Part shown: positions 63,196 through 64,000 of the stretch, piece by piece | Layout: every line of letters starts with the position of its first letter | How positions within the stretch are numbered: position 1 is the stretch's first letter | NCBI GenBank assembly: GCA_963813075.1 | Contig: CAWEXU010000030.1 | Coordinates: forward strand, 224,001-288,000 | Reading direction: 5' to 3' | Length of the DNA stretch: 64,000 bases | DNA from: Methanotrichaceae archaeon | GTDB lineage: Archaea > Halobacteriota > Methanosarcinia > Methanotrichales > Methanotrichaceae | Program-made: the position numbers and the translations under genes | The notes under the pieces: model-generated | Database searches by the model: none | What the model saw: the letters and a program-made list of their open reading frames with translations, nothing else | Told to the model about the DNA's origin: nothing

Positions 63196-64000
63196 TTATA
63201 CCTCACAATTCACAGCGATAAAGACCTCTTGCTTCAGGTCCAATCGTTTGGGCAAGATGAAAGGCACACCCTCTTTTACGACAAAACGTGTGTCTTTTCG
63301 GGGGACGCAATTGCCGGCCCAGGCTTTAATTTTGAGAGCATCGTAGTCAGGATCGAGGTCAAGATTAACTTGGATGCTACTGTCCGTCAGAGTGATGAAT
63401 GCATCTCCCACATCGGTACCCTTGCGGGTATCGCAGCGAATTGCGCCTGTCCAAATATCTCCTGAGAAATCATAAGCCTCACCAGGGGCCATGATTCCAT
63501 GAGGGATATCCAGGTACCAGCCCCAGCCTCCTTCTGGCCCGGGGAAGCACACGGCATTGCCGCCTGGCAACATCCAGGCAGTCTTGCGCTCTTTGCATTC
63601 CACCTCAGTCCAGTAGCCTTCACCGTTGCAGAGGCAATCATTAGCGTCGGTGCAGTTGACAGTGTAAGTGCTGCCCGCTTTTCTAGTTATAACCGGTATA
63701 TTAGAGCATACATTGGTTAGGTCTACGTGCTCCAGGATCTGGTCGTCTGTTGGCACTTTACCTTTGCAGACCGAGAACTGTTCAGTCTCGATGATGCACA
63801 CAGGGTACTCGGACCAGGAACCGGAACCGGTGCAGAGGCAACCGTTCGCATCGGTGCAGGCGACAGTGTAAGTGTTTCCCGCTTTTCTAGTTATAACCGG
63901 TGTATCTGCGCATACATTAGGAAGGTCTACGTGCTCCAGGATCTGGACGTCTGTTGGCACCACACCTTTGCAGACAGAGAACGGCTCGGTTTCGATGATG
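63196..64000 (-). CDS. C-terminal part of a Cys-rich tandem-repeat (probably surface) protein; 5' end outside the window
   Basis: Frame open to the window edge; 68-aa repeats. Confidence 0.8.
   Translation of the reverse strand, partial: IIETEPFSVCKGVVPTDVQILEHVDLPNVCADTPVITRKAGNTYTVACTDANGCLCTGSGSWSEYPVCIIETEQFSVCKGKVPTDDQILEHVDLTNVCSNIPVITRKAGSTYTVNCTDANDCLCNGEGYWTEVECKERKTAWMLPGGNAVCFPGPEGGWGWYLDIPHGIMAPGEAYDFSGDIWTGAIRCDTRKGTDVGDAFITLTDSSIQVNLDLDPDYDALKIKAWAGNCVPRKDTRFVVKEGVPFILPKRLDLKQEVFIAVNCEV
63600..64000. repeat. 204-bp intragenic tandem repeat (about two units visible)
   Basis: TCCAGGATCTGG at 63731 and 63935; TCGATGATG at 63788 and 63992. Confidence 0.9.

Overview
Archaeal chromosome segment from a cytochrome-containing methanogen. 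Gene content (ftr, por, gatE, Ahb/Hem enzymes, a single-fold histone, NosD and SIMPL paralogues) suggests Methanothrix/Methanotrichaceae, which is an inference. Most of the window is housekeeping: cdc6, gatE, histone, TFS-PCNA-priL, aroC, ahbB-sirC-hemA-hemB, rnhA, coaD, ribL, birA-pycA, rfcL, porGDAB-purO-ftr, amtB-glnK and tRNA-Thr(GGT). Accessory parts are three tandem secreted matrixin-like metalloproteases with two winged-helix regulators, an XhoI/PaeR7I-family restriction-modification pair, a KaiC-like ATPase heading a glycogen-type glycosyltransferase/GalT cluster, a TPR islet after the tRNA, and a TnpB-only IS200/IS605 element apparently inserted exactly at a start codon. Many genes between about 21 and 50.5 kb are frameshifted, most likely through sequencing or assembly error. 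The best leads are the KaiC-GT3-GalT cluster, the start-codon-targeting TnpB element, a histone with altered tetramer-interface residues, an unannotated 52-aa CxxCGC/zinc-ribbon protein, and a candidate sRNA/small-peptide sense-antisense pair. No database searches were possible, so family calls rest on recognised motifs.
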